Source: a virus (taxonomy: Duplodnaviria; Caudoviricetes). From it: a DNA stretch of 64,000 nucleotides. A model generated the notes under the pieces. That model did not search any database, had not been told where the DNA came from, and saw nothing but the letters and a program-made list of their open reading frames with translations. The stretch is taken from positions 64,001-128,000 of IMG/VR virus record IMGVR_UViG_3300047160_009226. One strand, given 5' to 3'. Position 1 is the stretch's first letter. Each line of letters starts with the position of its first letter. Both the position numbers and the translations under genes were made by a program. Shown piece by piece: positions 44,842-55,100 of this stretch.

Positions 44842-45230
44842 AACCCTGAAAGAAGAACTTTAATCTGATAATTACTCAACTGCTTTTTAATCAATCTTAA
44901 TCCACGATTCCCAATTCTTTCCTTTAAATCTTTATGCCATAGAAAGTATTCCTGATTTACTCTCGTACAAAAATCTTTCTTGTCTCCGTAAACTAATAAA
45001 ATAGTGACTGATGGAAGAATAAAAACTAATCCATAATATAGAAACTCATTCTCTTTAACTCGTGCCAGTTCAGACAGGCTAATCTCTACTAATTTTTCTA
45101 CATCCAAAAAATTACTGATCTTACGACGAGATACTCTTATATATCCGGTGCCAATCTGGACGCTTTTCTTGATAACCGAGAAACTCCCAGGTCCCCGATC
45201 CCGGTCGCATAGTAATGCAGTTCTTGCCAT
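44775..45230 (-). CDS. Hypothetical protein (start uncertain)
   Basis: Fills the gap between two long ORFs and overlaps both. Confidence 0.45.
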   Translation of the reverse strand: MARTALLCDRDRGPGSFSVIKKSVQIGTGYIRVSRRKISNFLDVEKLVEISLSELARVKENEFLYYGLVFILPSVTILLVYGDKKDFCTRVNQEYFLWHKDLKERIGNRGLRLIKKQLSNYQIKVLLSGLWIVNGKTYLQSKIEMMKRMNS

Positions 45231-47341
45231 GCCACTCTACTCGCTAACCGAGACTTAACAATCGACTCCTCCCCTATCCCTATACCGACCAATCTCGTCA
45301 AAAACTCACCAGCCGAACCATAATCCCCCCGCCGCATCGCCCTGCGGAAACCCAAGATGAAATGTCTGGCAGCCTGCCGATTTTTCCTGCTAGAAGACAC
45401 CTCAGTAAACTTAAACATGGGGTTATTTTTCATGTCATTCTGAAACTTCTGCATCTGCTCATCATCCGTAAAAGTCATCTTGATTCCCTGGTTACCAGGG
45501 AGAACCTCCGTCCGTCCATATTTCTGAAGACCCTTCACTTGCGTCATTGGATTTTCCAGAGTGATACTGGGATTTGGCGTAAAAGCCTGACTGGGATTCG
45601 TCACTGCCGGACCTGTCGTCTGTTGTCCTACCACATCGGCGGCGTTTCTTTCTTGTTCTCTCTTAAGCTTCTGTTTTCGCTGTACTATCGTTGGACGCAT
45701 CATCTCATCGTCAGTTTCAATGGGAATCGTCGTCGTTCCGCCACTTTGAGCACGTCTCCTACGGCCCCCTGTAGCAACCAAGTCACCTCTCCTGCTTGCC
45801 TTGACCTCGACACCACCCTTCTGCAACACCCGGACGATATCCTTCTTCAAATCCGAATCCTGAGTCAGAATCAATACACGTCCGTTGCCGATGTGGTCCA
45901 CCAGGTCAGGCTCCAGCGCTGAATCCCGTAAAACCTCTCGTACACGGTGGAGAATGGGAGGTATTCCTGGTCGTGGTGCATGGAATGGTGCCACCTCATC
46001 GAAGGATTGGGGAACTTGCCCGATCGACCGATCCAGATCCGGGGTTTCGTTCCGCATCAACGCAAAGACCGATTCGAAACGATCGGGTAGATTCGTATCT
46101 AAAATCAACCCAATTCCCTTCGCTCGCTCCATCGTCTTCCCATCGGGATCGTAAGGATTGCCCTTCACATAGTGAATCACCTGATCCGGGTCTCTGTAAA
46201 CCCGAATGAATGCCCAATCACCGTCGTTCTTCCACATAAGTGGACTTCTTAAACTGTTGGCTTCTTGACCGTCTTCATCCAGGGGTCTAATCCATATGGT
46301 ATTTCTGTTGCGTCGGTCAACAATCCCGCTAAAATCAGGCTTTGAATCTTCTCCACGAGATGCTTGATTTTTGAGAAAAATCTCCACCTCGTCACCCACC
46401 AGAATCGCTTCTCGCAAATCCTCAGTGGGCTCGGGGATCGGTCTTACAAACCTAGTCGGAAGCAACTGATTCGCTTGCCTTCGACTTGAAGTTTGTCTAT
46501 TAAACAAAATGTATTCTGTGCTATCTCGCATCACAACATACTCCCCATCAGGCTTCATGCGCTGTATTGGAACATTCTTGACAATCAGCCCGTCATAACC
46601 TTCATGCAGTAACTTCTTAGTAATCTCATCAGGTCTATGAGTGCCAAACTCTTGTTTCAGTTCAGTAAAATAGGCTTTCTCTCCAAGTGTTAATACATAA
46701 GGATTACTCATTGCGATGTTACCACTGATCACCTCGCTTCCATAAGTCTCTGCGATCTCCGGATTATCTGTCCAGTGCTGACCCACTGCAAACTGACTGG
46801 GAATTCTATTTTTTCTTGCCTTAACAGGATCGATCTCAATCCCTCGATAGAGCGTTCCATTAAAAGATTGACCAGTTTCTACAGCTTCTCTTTTCGACGA
46901 TTCTCTTTTTAAGGACTCACCATTTAATCCCACTTTGGCTTTCTTTAACAGTCTTGCCAAATTTTCACTCATGTTTTTATGAGTAGGCTTTATTTTGCTT
47001 AAATTGCGTGCCTTAATCCAGATATAGTGATCATGCTCATTGTCTGCTAAATCAGGCTCTGGCTTAATATCTCCATTAGCTACAAATCCTAAAAACTGAG
47101 CCGCTTTTCCTGCTTTAGTAGGAAAATCAATGCTAAATGGCATAAGATAAATTTCTAACCCTGTCTCCTCGAATACCTCTCGAACTGCTGCAAGTTCTGG
47201 TCTCTCACCCCCATCGATATGTCCGGCTGGAAACTCCCACTTTCCACCGTTACTCGAATCATCCTTGACACGACGGATCATCAAGAGATTGCTATCCCCA
47301 TCTATCACTGCAACAATACTAACCTTATACTCTTCACTCAT
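45137..47341 (-). CDS. Multi-domain protein: Nudix hydrolase + ART-like (polyvalent-protein type) domain + unknown domains
   Basis: Intact Nudix box GHIDGGERPELAAVREVFEETGL; LYRG...GQHWTDNPEIAETYG...NPY...GYDGLIV. Confidence 0.8.
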   Translation of the reverse strand: MSEEYKVSIVAVIDGDSNLLMIRRVKDDSSNGGKWEFPAGHIDGGERPELAAVREVFEETGLEIYLMPFSIDFPTKAGKAAQFLGFVANGDIKPEPDLADNEHDHYIWIKARNLSKIKPTHKNMSENLARLLKKAKVGLNGESLKRESSKREAVETGQSFNGTLYRGIEIDPVKARKNRIPSQFAVGQHWTDNPEIAETYGSEVISGNIAMSNPYVLTLGEKAYFTELKQEFGTHRPDEITKKLLHEGYDGLIVKNVPIQRMKPDGEYVVMRDSTEYILFNRQTSSRRQANQLLPTRFVRPIPEPTEDLREAILVGDEVEIFLKNQASRGEDSKPDFSGIVDRRNRNTIWIRPLDEDGQEANSLRSPLMWKNDGDWAFIRVYRDPDQVIHYVKGNPYDPDGKTMERAKGIGLILDTNLPDRFESVFALMRNETPDLDRSIGQVPQSFDEVAPFHAPRPGIPPILHRVREVLRDSALEPDLVDHIGNGRVLILTQDSDLKKDIVRVLQKGGVEVKASRRGDLVATGGRRRRAQSGGTTTIPIETDDEMMRPTIVQRKQKLKREQERNAADVVGQQTTGPAVTNPSQAFTPNPSITLENPMTQVKGLQKYGRTEVLPGNQGIKMTFTDDEQMQKFQNDMKNNPMFKFTEVSSSRKNRQAARHFILGFRRAMRRGDYGSAGEFLTRLVGIGIGEESIVKSRLASRVAWQELHYYATGIGDLGVSRLSRKASRLAPDI

Positions 47342-47364
47342 TCTAAAACACTCTTTGACGATCT

Positions 47365-47586
47365 TTATGTTCTCTTAGTAAGTACTGATTCAGTTATCGA
47401 TTTGATAAAGTCAAGTTGCCTCTTATCCTCAGCTGCAAGAACATCCAAATTATCTTGAATTGGATTTTCTCTACATGCCTCAACAAGATATAACAAACGA
47501 CTTTGATTGCTCAGACTTAATTGAAGTGCTGCAAGTGATGCTCTCAGTTGATTTGCTCGCTCATCTAAGTTCAATTGTTCTTTCAT
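47365..47586 (-). CDS. Small coiled-coil protein
   Basis: 73 aa, coupled overlap. Confidence 0.55.
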   Translation of the reverse strand: MKEQLNLDERANQLRASLAALQLSLSNQSRLLYLVEACRENPIQDNLDVLAAEDKRQLDFIKSITESVLTKRT

Positions 47587-49577
47587 CGAGCTGTCTGCTC
47601 TTGTGGTCCATACTGGAAAAAAGCATTCAAGTCTTGAATTAATTCTGTAGAAGTCCTATTTACATGATCTTGTAAGAATTCATCATTTGCTTGAAAAATA
47701 GTTGCAACCTGATTTGCGGAGAGCTTGTCTTTTTTCTCTGATAGATTTAACAGGTCAAATGCTTGTCTCAGCGGCCATGACATATCATCAAGAGAAACTC
47801 CTATTAAGAAATTTCTTGATTTTGGAAGAGATGACGTTCGTCCTCTGAATCTCAATCTTCTCCTCAAATCAAAGAGATTCGAAAGTTCCAAAAACTCTTT
47901 CCGATCTAGATCAACCAGGTTGCTACCTTCCTCATCAATGGAAACCATCTGTGTGCTTTGCTGCATTGCCATGTTATGAAGAATCTCAAAATACTTCGGT
48001 GTTAGTCTCTTGCATTCGATGTATAAATAGTCTGCATGTGCTGGTCCTGATCGCCCAATCTTTGCCCATCCGTCATCAACCAAAATGTCATAAGACTCAA
48101 TGTTTTCATATCCCATATCTTGAAGAGCATCTCTGTTTTTTTCTACACAATCCTTATGATCCCGACCACAAGAAAGTATCTTCCCTTCAGGGGATACAAA
48201 CCACGCTCTATCTTCAACCCAAGCCGGTTGTGAAGACCAGTCCGTCTGTGAAGCCATTCGCTTACTCACGATCACCGGCATTCGTCTTACATCACTAGAC
48301 CTCGACATACTTAAAATATCCGATCGATTATGCCATAGAAATTTATTAACATCCTGCATAGAATCAAAAAATTTAAAATCTTTCCACTGCAACTTATTCG
48401 TCTTACCGTCAACAAATAATACTACAGTTGTATTATCCATTATATTCAAGGAGGAGAGTATTTCCTGAACCTTACTAAAAATAGAGCTAGATAAAAAATA
48501 TGATTCTATACTAACTATATGACCACCATAACCAGGATGGACAAAATAACCAATCTTTGTCCACTTATCACCTACCAAAAGATATGCTATCTCATTTTGA
48601 TCAGCATCTGGATCAATTTCTTGAGCAACTTTGAACAATTCTGGATTAGATCCACAACCATCAGGTCCGTCATGCTCATGACCACAGTTATACACTCTCC
48701 CCTCAGGAGAGATTAACCACGCTCTATCGTCACCGGATGCTTTTCTACTTCCCTGTACTCTCAATTCTTTCATTAACTTCGGAACAGAATCAGCTTGTAA
48801 AAATTCATCTCTTGTTAATTCTGCATATCTATCCCCAATATTTATCAAAACAGCCGCGTTTCCTGTTCCAGAGAATAAACTTTGAGCCTCGTCCAGCCCT
48901 TTCTGACTTAATGACTTTGCATCAACAACAAACTCCTTTCCATAGGATGCGATTCGTACCCAACCAAAGTCTTTCACGAGTTTAGGGTTGTTGGTGCCAA
49001 AAATCTCTGGGTGTTCTTTCACAAACTGATCGTGATCATATCCTGCGTCGTGAACTTCACCATAAGGACTGATCCACCATGACCTCTTATTGGGATATAT
49101 CGCTTTCATCCATTCGGATGCTTGCGACGCCATGACAGATGCTCTAATTCCTGTCTGATCTTTGAATAAGTTTTCAAGCAAGTCTATTTGAGAATCTGCC
49201 CAAATGAAATCATGATGAGAAATATACCCAATCTTATTAAGAGTAGAAATGAAAATCTTGTGTTCGCCACCCAGTGACTTATAGATCTGTTGACAGGCTT
49301 CAAGTTGTGCTCTTGTAATGCTATGACAGTGGACTACATACTCATAACCCAAATACGCAACCCTAATCCAATTCAGAGTCAGAGCTTTATTGATGTCAGC
49401 CCATTCCCCGAAGATCTTAGGATGTTCCTTCAGGAACTTGACGTGATTATGCCCTACATCATAGATTTTTCCCTGCGGATCAACCCACCAGGAACGCTTC
49501 TCAGGATGCTTTTCCTTCATGGCGTCCGATGGACTGGTAGCCAATTTCAAGTAGCTGTAATCCGTAGAGACAATCAT
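47583..49577 (-). CDS. Protein with four tandem W-x-x-P-x-G...H...W-x-R/K domains
   Basis: RSWWVDPQG, RSWWISPYG, RAWLISPEG, RAWFVSPEG. Confidence 0.8.
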   Translation of the reverse strand: MIVSTDYSYLKLATSPSDAMKEKHPEKRSWWVDPQGKIYDVGHNHVKFLKEHPKIFGEWADINKALTLNWIRVAYLGYEYVVHCHSITRAQLEACQQIYKSLGGEHKIFISTLNKIGYISHHDFIWADSQIDLLENLFKDQTGIRASVMASQASEWMKAIYPNKRSWWISPYGEVHDAGYDHDQFVKEHPEIFGTNNPKLVKDFGWVRIASYGKEFVVDAKSLSQKGLDEAQSLFSGTGNAAVLINIGDRYAELTRDEFLQADSVPKLMKELRVQGSRKASGDDRAWLISPEGRVYNCGHEHDGPDGCGSNPELFKVAQEIDPDADQNEIAYLLVGDKWTKIGYFVHPGYGGHIVSIESYFLSSSIFSKVQEILSSLNIMDNTTVVLFVDGKTNKLQWKDFKFFDSMQDVNKFLWHNRSDILSMSRSSDVRRMPVIVSKRMASQTDWSSQPAWVEDRAWFVSPEGKILSCGRDHKDCVEKNRDALQDMGYENIESYDILVDDGWAKIGRSGPAHADYLYIECKRLTPKYFEILHNMAMQQSTQMVSIDEEGSNLVDLDRKEFLELSNLFDLRRRLRFRGRTSSLPKSRNFLIGVSLDDMSWPLRQAFDLLNLSEKKDKLSANQVATIFQANDEFLQDHVNRTSTELIQDLNAFFQYGPQEQTAR

Positions 49578-51484
49578 CTCTGATAGCTCGTATGCCGATA
49601 GCTTGCCGTCCTATAAGGAACGTTATGATCAATTATTACCTTCATCAGTTCTGTCGAATGTTTAAGGACCAAAGGTGCTCCCTTACCAGCAACACGAGTT
49701 CTGATAACTCGTGCCAATTCCTGCCGATCTATCGAAGAAACCCGACGATTTCCCACGTCCACGCTGACTAATAAAAGAGTACCCAACTTAGCTGCTATTT
49801 TCTCTTTTCTATCTAGATCCTCATCGAAAACACTGACATCTATTTGACCACGACCTTGACACTGACCACAACATCGGTCTCCCCTCTCACCTGTCCCGTG
49901 GCAACAAGCACAGATCTCTCTATGACGCCTCAATCCTGATTTCCGTTTGGACGTCAAATCTCGAGATTTCTCAAACAACCGCTGAACCCGAGGAAGAAGT
50001 CGTATAGCTAATTTTTTTCCAATATCTAAGTAACCAGCAATATCTTTATATGTAATTGATTCCGCCGTCATTCCTTTCTCTTTATATAACCTCACAAAAT
50101 CTTCAAGATCAGAATGAGAATAAGACCTTATATCATCACGATAGCCAGCCGACTTTCTGGAAGCCCCCCATCTCCTCTCAGGAGCCCGTCCAGCAGCTCC
50201 AAAATGAACCTGAAAACAACGATTGGCTTCCTGATTCGTTCTTTCTTTTGGCTCTTCCTCATGTCGTTTCTTTGGATCGCTGATCTTTTGAATCGCTTCA
50301 TAGACCTTACGCCAGTCTATATCAGGAAACTCATCTTCTATGAACTGCTGAACATGATCAGAAGAAATCTCACTGGGAAGCATATCACCTGCAAAATGAT
50401 CCAGGCACTGATCCACAGCTTCTGCGATCTCGTCCTCTACCTCGATCTTACGACTGACCCGACTCCTGCCCTCCCGCTTGTCTTTCATGGTTCTAAGATA
50501 GCGATCCATCGTCGGGTTTTCCCACATATTGATCACAGTATTGAACCAGTCTCCACCTGGAGCTGAGTACTCTTGAATTGTCTCTTTTTCTCGCGTTGCT
50601 GAAACTGGCGACAGATTTCCTCCTTCAAACTCTTCAGAAAGTGGTGTTCCTGACTCTTCAGCGATTTCATTCATCGCATCGTTCCATGCTTCATCCAACT
50701 GACCAGGATCTGGATTCACTCCCTTGCTATCCAAATCCAGAAGCCAAGACTCAAAAACATCGGGATCTTGAAGTTGATCCAGCAGGTCTTCGTCATATAA
50801 GGAGTTTTGAGACTTATATTCCTGTAAAAAATCCCTTGCCATTGTCAAAAGTTCTGAATCTACTTCTCTCTCCTTGGCAACACGACCGGACTCCCTTGCA
50901 CGCCAAGCTTGATCTTGACTGTAATCAATCGGTTCTCCGGGTGTTAACTGAGATTCTTCGTTGAACTCCGATTGAGGCGGTACAGCTTGATCCAATGGTT
51001 TTTGAATGACTGGCATTCCAGTTTGATCCCGTCGCCGTGCTTCCTCCTCTAGAGGTGCCGCCATCTTGGCCAAAGCCCGTGCCGCAACCCCTCTCTCCTG
51101 GGTAGAAACCCACTTGAGCTTCTTGGCTAATCGTAACAGCGACGGAGATCTGTACCGATTGGCATTGAGCCGTGCTGCTTCAGCGAGTTGCAATGCAAAT
51201 CGGCGCGGGTCCATAGGACCTCGACCTCTATGTGCTTTTCTGAATCCAGCACTGGTGGCATGTTCTTTGGTATGTGTCTTCCATTCCTTGATCTTTTCCT
51301 TGATGTCTTCCTCTGACATTTCAGCGTCTTTAGACTTGCTGGAAGCGATCCGAAGATAGAGATCTCCTCCCTGATCTAGCATAGACGCTTCAACAGATTC
51401 AGGATAAGACTCAAACATGGTATCTAAAGATGCTGCTTCAGGGAGTGAGAAAATCTCACTCGCTTCGATTCTACGCCGAGTCAT
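49574..51484 (-). CDS. Large acidic/basic mosaic protein with a C-terminal DnaJ-type CxxCxGxG zinc motif
   Basis: CACCHGTG...CGQCQGRG; start set at MTRRR. Confidence 0.7.
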   Translation of the reverse strand: MTRRRIEASEIFSLPEAASLDTMFESYPESVEASMLDQGGDLYLRIASSKSKDAEMSEEDIKEKIKEWKTHTKEHATSAGFRKAHRGRGPMDPRRFALQLAEAARLNANRYRSPSLLRLAKKLKWVSTQERGVAARALAKMAAPLEEEARRRDQTGMPVIQKPLDQAVPPQSEFNEESQLTPGEPIDYSQDQAWRARESGRVAKEREVDSELLTMARDFLQEYKSQNSLYDEDLLDQLQDPDVFESWLLDLDSKGVNPDPGQLDEAWNDAMNEIAEESGTPLSEEFEGGNLSPVSATREKETIQEYSAPGGDWFNTVINMWENPTMDRYLRTMKDKREGRSRVSRKIEVEDEIAEAVDQCLDHFAGDMLPSEISSDHVQQFIEDEFPDIDWRKVYEAIQKISDPKKRHEEEPKERTNQEANRCFQVHFGAAGRAPERRWGASRKSAGYRDDIRSYSHSDLEDFVRLYKEKGMTAESITYKDIAGYLDIGKKLAIRLLPRVQRLFEKSRDLTSKRKSGLRRHREICACCHGTGERGDRCCGQCQGRGQIDVSVFDEDLDRKEKIAAKLGTLLLVSVDVGNRRVSSIDRQELARVIRTRVAGKGAPLVLKHSTELMKVIIDHNVPYRTASYRHTSYQR

Positions 51485-51717
51485 GTCAGTATCCCTTCCT
51501 CTGATCACAGGAGGTGCAATCAGGTATACCGTCAGGTTTACCGCTTATCACACACTTTTCTCGTTTCTGACAAGTGAAAACTTTCACTTTAACCCTTGAT
51601 CCATTTCATCCCGGACATTCAGCGATACCTAGATAAAGGCCCCGGTAGATGCAAGGAGGATGTATTATTCTCGGGTCCTTACCTCTTCTTAGTATTTGCA
51701 TCATGACTCAACTTCTC

Positions 51718-52650
51718 TCAGTTTTTTGACAGTTCACTTTCTCTTATCCTCCTAAGACGTTGAGCTTCTCTCATCTTCTGTTTAGTCTTTTCACTATATT
51801 TCCTACCAAGTCGAGCCTTTGACATTTTCTGCTTACTCTCTTCACTGTGTTTCTTACCAACATTAGCTTCCCTCATTTTCTGCCGTGTTTCTTCACTAGC
51901 TTTTTTACCTATGTGAGCCTCTGACATGTTCTTTTTATGCTCTTCGCTAAACCTCTTGCCAATATGAGCCTCTGACATCTTCTTTTTACGCTCTTCACTA
52001 AACCTCTTACCAAGTCGGCATGCTGACATTTTCTTCTTATGCTCTTCACTTTGTTGCTTAATACGTTGAGATTCTGATAGATTCCTCCTATGTTCTTCAC
52101 TAAGTTTTTTACCAAGTTGAGCTTCTCTCATTTTCTGTCGTGTTTCTTCACTGACTTTTTTACCTCTATGAGCTTCTCTCATTTTCTGCCGTGTCTTTTC
52201 GTTGGCTTTCATACCTCGATGAGTTTCACTGATTTTTCTCAATGTTTCTTCTGACAAACGTTCTGATGAAGGCTGTATATTGTAACCAAACCGTGAATTC
52301 GCTGCTTTAAATCTCAAAAGGTACTCATCCTCAATAATTTTTAACAAATTCTTTTTATACACATACTCTAGAGTTTCATACACAAACGCTCCGGACCCAT
52401 GCCTATTCCACGCCTCTTGAAGTCGATGAGATTTATGTTTATTCTTAATCAAATCACGTCTATGTTGGCCCCAACGTTTAGAGAGGTTAACAGTACTACC
52501 AATATACATTTTTCCGTTTACCAGACACCGAATCTGGTATATTCCCATCTTAGATTTCTGATCATCATAAAGAGCTAAAATTTGATCCTTGCGATACCGA
52601 ATCTCCTTGGCCATCTCACAAAACAAGGGTCGAGAAACTTGATTAGTCAT
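51718..52650 (-). CDS. Free-standing GIY-YIG homing endonuclease with about nine NUMOD3 repeats
   Basis: [19 protein letters not shown]; 17-aa [17 protein letters not shown] repeats. Confidence 0.9.
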   Translation of the reverse strand: MTNQVSRPLFCEMAKEIRYRKDQILALYDDQKSKMGIYQIRCLVNGKMYIGSTVNLSKRWGQHRRDLIKNKHKSHRLQEAWNRHGSGAFVYETLEYVYKKNLLKIIEDEYLLRFKAANSRFGYNIQPSSERLSEETLRKISETHRGMKANEKTRQKMREAHRGKKVSEETRQKMREAQLGKKLSEEHRRNLSESQRIKQQSEEHKKKMSACRLGKRFSEERKKKMSEAHIGKRFSEEHKKNMSEAHIGKKASEETRQKMREANVGKKHSEESKQKMSKARLGRKYSEKTKQKMREAQRLRRIRESELSKN

Positions 52651-52714
52651 CCTATTTTTCCCTTAAATTGTAAATACTTAAAACCAATATCTTCGCCCCT
52701 TCTTATTAGTCTAG

Positions 52715-53464
52715 TCATACTGAAAGCCCCGCAAAAGCTCTGATCGCATTTGTCCAATCAACTGGAAAAGTAATCCATTCTCTAAGGAAACAGTATCTAG
52801 GATCTATAAATGTAATACCTAGATCACCACCTACTGTATAAACGAACTCAAAATTTAATAATGACGGAGGTGGTGGAAGTAATGAAGACGGAGGTGGTGG
52901 AAGTAAAGGAAGCGAACTTGGAGGTTGTAAATCCATGACATAATAGAGAACTTCATTCCACTGGAACGTTTTAACTGTAACTGGAATCTCAGGGACATAA
53001 GAAGTGTTCACTAGATCAATTTTAATTTGTTCTCCCGCATCTGTTGACAGAAGAACGAATTCTACTTCTCCATAAGTATTCCCTTCAGGTGGAGGTACCA
53101 GATCCGCTGATGAATTAATCGGATTCATCATCGCAGTAACAATTGCATCGTAGATCACCTGAGGAATGTAAATTTGAACGTTTAATGGTCCAAAAGGCAT
53201 AAATTCTGGAGAACTCTCCAAGGAAATATAAATTCCATTGATACCATCTGGAGGAACCCACTCTATCAAAATCGTGTGTGGAAAATAAAGTCGAAAAGGA
53301 TGATCAAGGAGTATAGGATTCTGTGTATCTTGTACAAGCTCAAAATAGTATCTGTATTTATTAGGAAACAAAACATTCAAGTACATTGCTTGTGAATGAA
53401 TGACATTCTCTAAAACAACTACTTCATCATACAGATCAATAGTCGGCCAATCTAGATAAGACAT
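52715..53464 (-). CDS. Proline-rich hypothetical protein (probably virion-associated)
   Basis: LPPPPSS duplication; located beside tail genes. Confidence 0.6.
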   Translation of the reverse strand: MSYLDWPTIDLYDEVVVLENVIHSQAMYLNVLFPNKYRYYFELVQDTQNPILLDHPFRLYFPHTILIEWVPPDGINGIYISLESSPEFMPFGPLNVQIYIPQVIYDAIVTAMMNPINSSADLVPPPEGNTYGEVEFVLLSTDAGEQIKIDLVNTSYVPEIPVTVKTFQWNEVLYYVMDLQPPSSLPLLPPPPSSLLPPPPSLLNFEFVYTVGGDLGITFIDPRYCFLREWITFPVDWTNAIRAFAGLSV

Positions 53465-53472
53465 ATGCCCCC

Positions 53473-54162
53473 TTAAGTGTATTGCTGTGCCGGAATGTAA
53501 GGCAGCATCTCCAACGGAGGAAGTGGAGTATCTTCATACATAATATAAGACCAAGAATAAAACGTATTAACTTGTGATGGCCACAAAAATCCTGGAGGAT
53601 ACTCAAAACCCGGTGGAAAACTTCCATCTACAAGAACATTGTCATACATCGGTGGAGGAGGTGAAATCGGTATAGAAACTGGTGGAGGAGGTAGAAGTGG
53701 TGGAAAGTCCACGTAAATACTGCCAAGTACAATTCCAGAGACATCAAGACTTAAATGAAACTCTTCTGGTGTTCTGACACCCAGAAATAAGTCACATCCA
53801 GTCTGAGTTGTTCTATATCGCAGAGCATCTGTATTATCTGGAATAGTAATTGACAAATCTATAAAATCTAGGGCATGTGGATTCTTAAGGTTAATTGCTG
53901 ACCAAGTTGCCGGTAATGGAGGAAGCGGTGGAAGCCGAGATGGAATCATCTGAGAAAGAAGGATGTAATCTCGCAGTATCGGATCAAACTCTAGAATCAC
54001 TATGGGATGCTTAGTTCCAGTATGACAAACAGGTTGAAATAAAATTCCTACTCTTGTCAGTCCAGCAAGAGGAAGTTTAGCTAACGGTGAAATACTAGGC
54101 TCAAAATACGCGAAATGGAAATACCCAGATCGCGTAAGAAAAGCACTATAATTTAAGTTCAT
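53473..54162 (-). CDS. Proline-rich hypothetical protein
   Basis: 229 aa, multiple PPP tracts. Confidence 0.6.
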   Translation of the reverse strand: MNLNYSAFLTRSGYFHFAYFEPSISPLAKLPLAGLTRVGILFQPVCHTGTKHPIVILEFDPILRDYILLSQMIPSRLPPLPPLPATWSAINLKNPHALDFIDLSITIPDNTDALRYRTTQTGCDLFLGVRTPEEFHLSLDVSGIVLGSIYVDFPPLLPPPPVSIPISPPPPMYDNVLVDGSFPPGFEYPPGFLWPSQVNTFYSWSYIMYEDTPLPPLEMLPYIPAQQYT

Positions 54163-54165
54163 ATG

Positions 54166-54717
54166 CTACTTCAGTGTGACACTCCGGGTTGTTTCTGTGT
54201 TTGCAGACATCGCCCTAATGGTATTCGGATCATTCACATCCGTAAACTCAGAGGTGCTATGCTCAGTATCCTCTACAAGATTACCAAGATTCACTGCGGC
54301 TAACCCCTGCATGACCTTTTGGAACGTGGTAGTATTAACTACAAAAGATCCATAGAGTTCTTGAACTACCCCTGATGGATCCATGCTGGAAACAGGAATT
54401 TCTGCCGTGCCATCCCATTTCATCAGTTCCATGGCTCCAGTCACTAAATCACCAACAGCCGCTGTTGCCGGAATCTGTGCTTCATAAGCTACCACAGGAT
54501 AATCACCTAATATGGTAATACTCGCAGGAAAGACCGCACTATAAATCCCCGTAGCTGGAGTAGTATCACTTAAGAAAATCGCATAATGACTCCAATTAGA
54601 AGCGTTTACAGCCTCAAATACTTCTAAAGTTGTATTCCAAATTTGACCAGGTAAGTTAAAAATAACGACATAAATACTTAACCCTATGTCGTCAACAATC
54701 TGTATTTCTCCTGCCAT
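54166..54717 (-). CDS. Putative virion structural protein
   Basis: AAGGAG SD before MAGEIQ; beta-rich. Confidence 0.55.
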   Translation of the reverse strand: MAGEIQIVDDIGLSIYVVIFNLPGQIWNTTLEVFEAVNASNWSHYAIFLSDTTPATGIYSAVFPASITILGDYPVVAYEAQIPATAAVGDLVTGAMELMKWDGTAEIPVSSMDPSGVVQELYGSFVVNTTTFQKVMQGLAAVNLGNLVEDTEHSTSEFTDVNDPNTIRAMSANTETTRSVTLK

Positions 54718-54730
54718 TTCTGGACTCCTT

Positions 54731-55030
54731 TCAAGCATCAGCCCACTCATATACCTGACCGACAATCAGAGGAGAATACATCACTCCAATGACACTCTTA
54801 ATAAGTGCAAGTTCTTCTGGAGTAAATTCCTGTTTTCCTCCTTCATTAATACGCATAGCTAGCTTATATCGTCGCATCTTCTCTTCCCCTGTAACTTGCT
54901 CCCCATTCACAAGCGCCAAGGCATTGACCACAAAATTCTTGATCGTCGCCGGTCTATCTTCTCCTCTGATCCTATCGACAACCTGCTCGCCGTCAAGGTC
55001 GTGAACAGGGATATCCAGATCCTTAGTCAT
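54731..55030 (-). CDS. Small tail-associated (chaperone-like) protein
   Basis: VNAL...GEEKMRRYKLA...EELALIK...YSPLIVGQV pattern typical of genes following tail fibres. Confidence 0.5.
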   Translation of the reverse strand: MTKDLDIPVHDLDGEQVVDRIRGEDRPATIKNFVVNALALVNGEQVTGEEKMRRYKLAMRINEGGKQEFTPEELALIKSVIGVMYSPLIVGQVYEWADA

Positions 55031-55100
55031 ATCGTCACCTCCAAAGGAATATGATGCACGTTATTGACTGCATTAAAGAAGTTCGGTATATCAATCTTCC

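Noticed and set aside
52860-52910. 21-bp tandem duplication encoding LPPPPSS
   Set aside because: Simple in-frame low-complexity expansion with no sign of further function.
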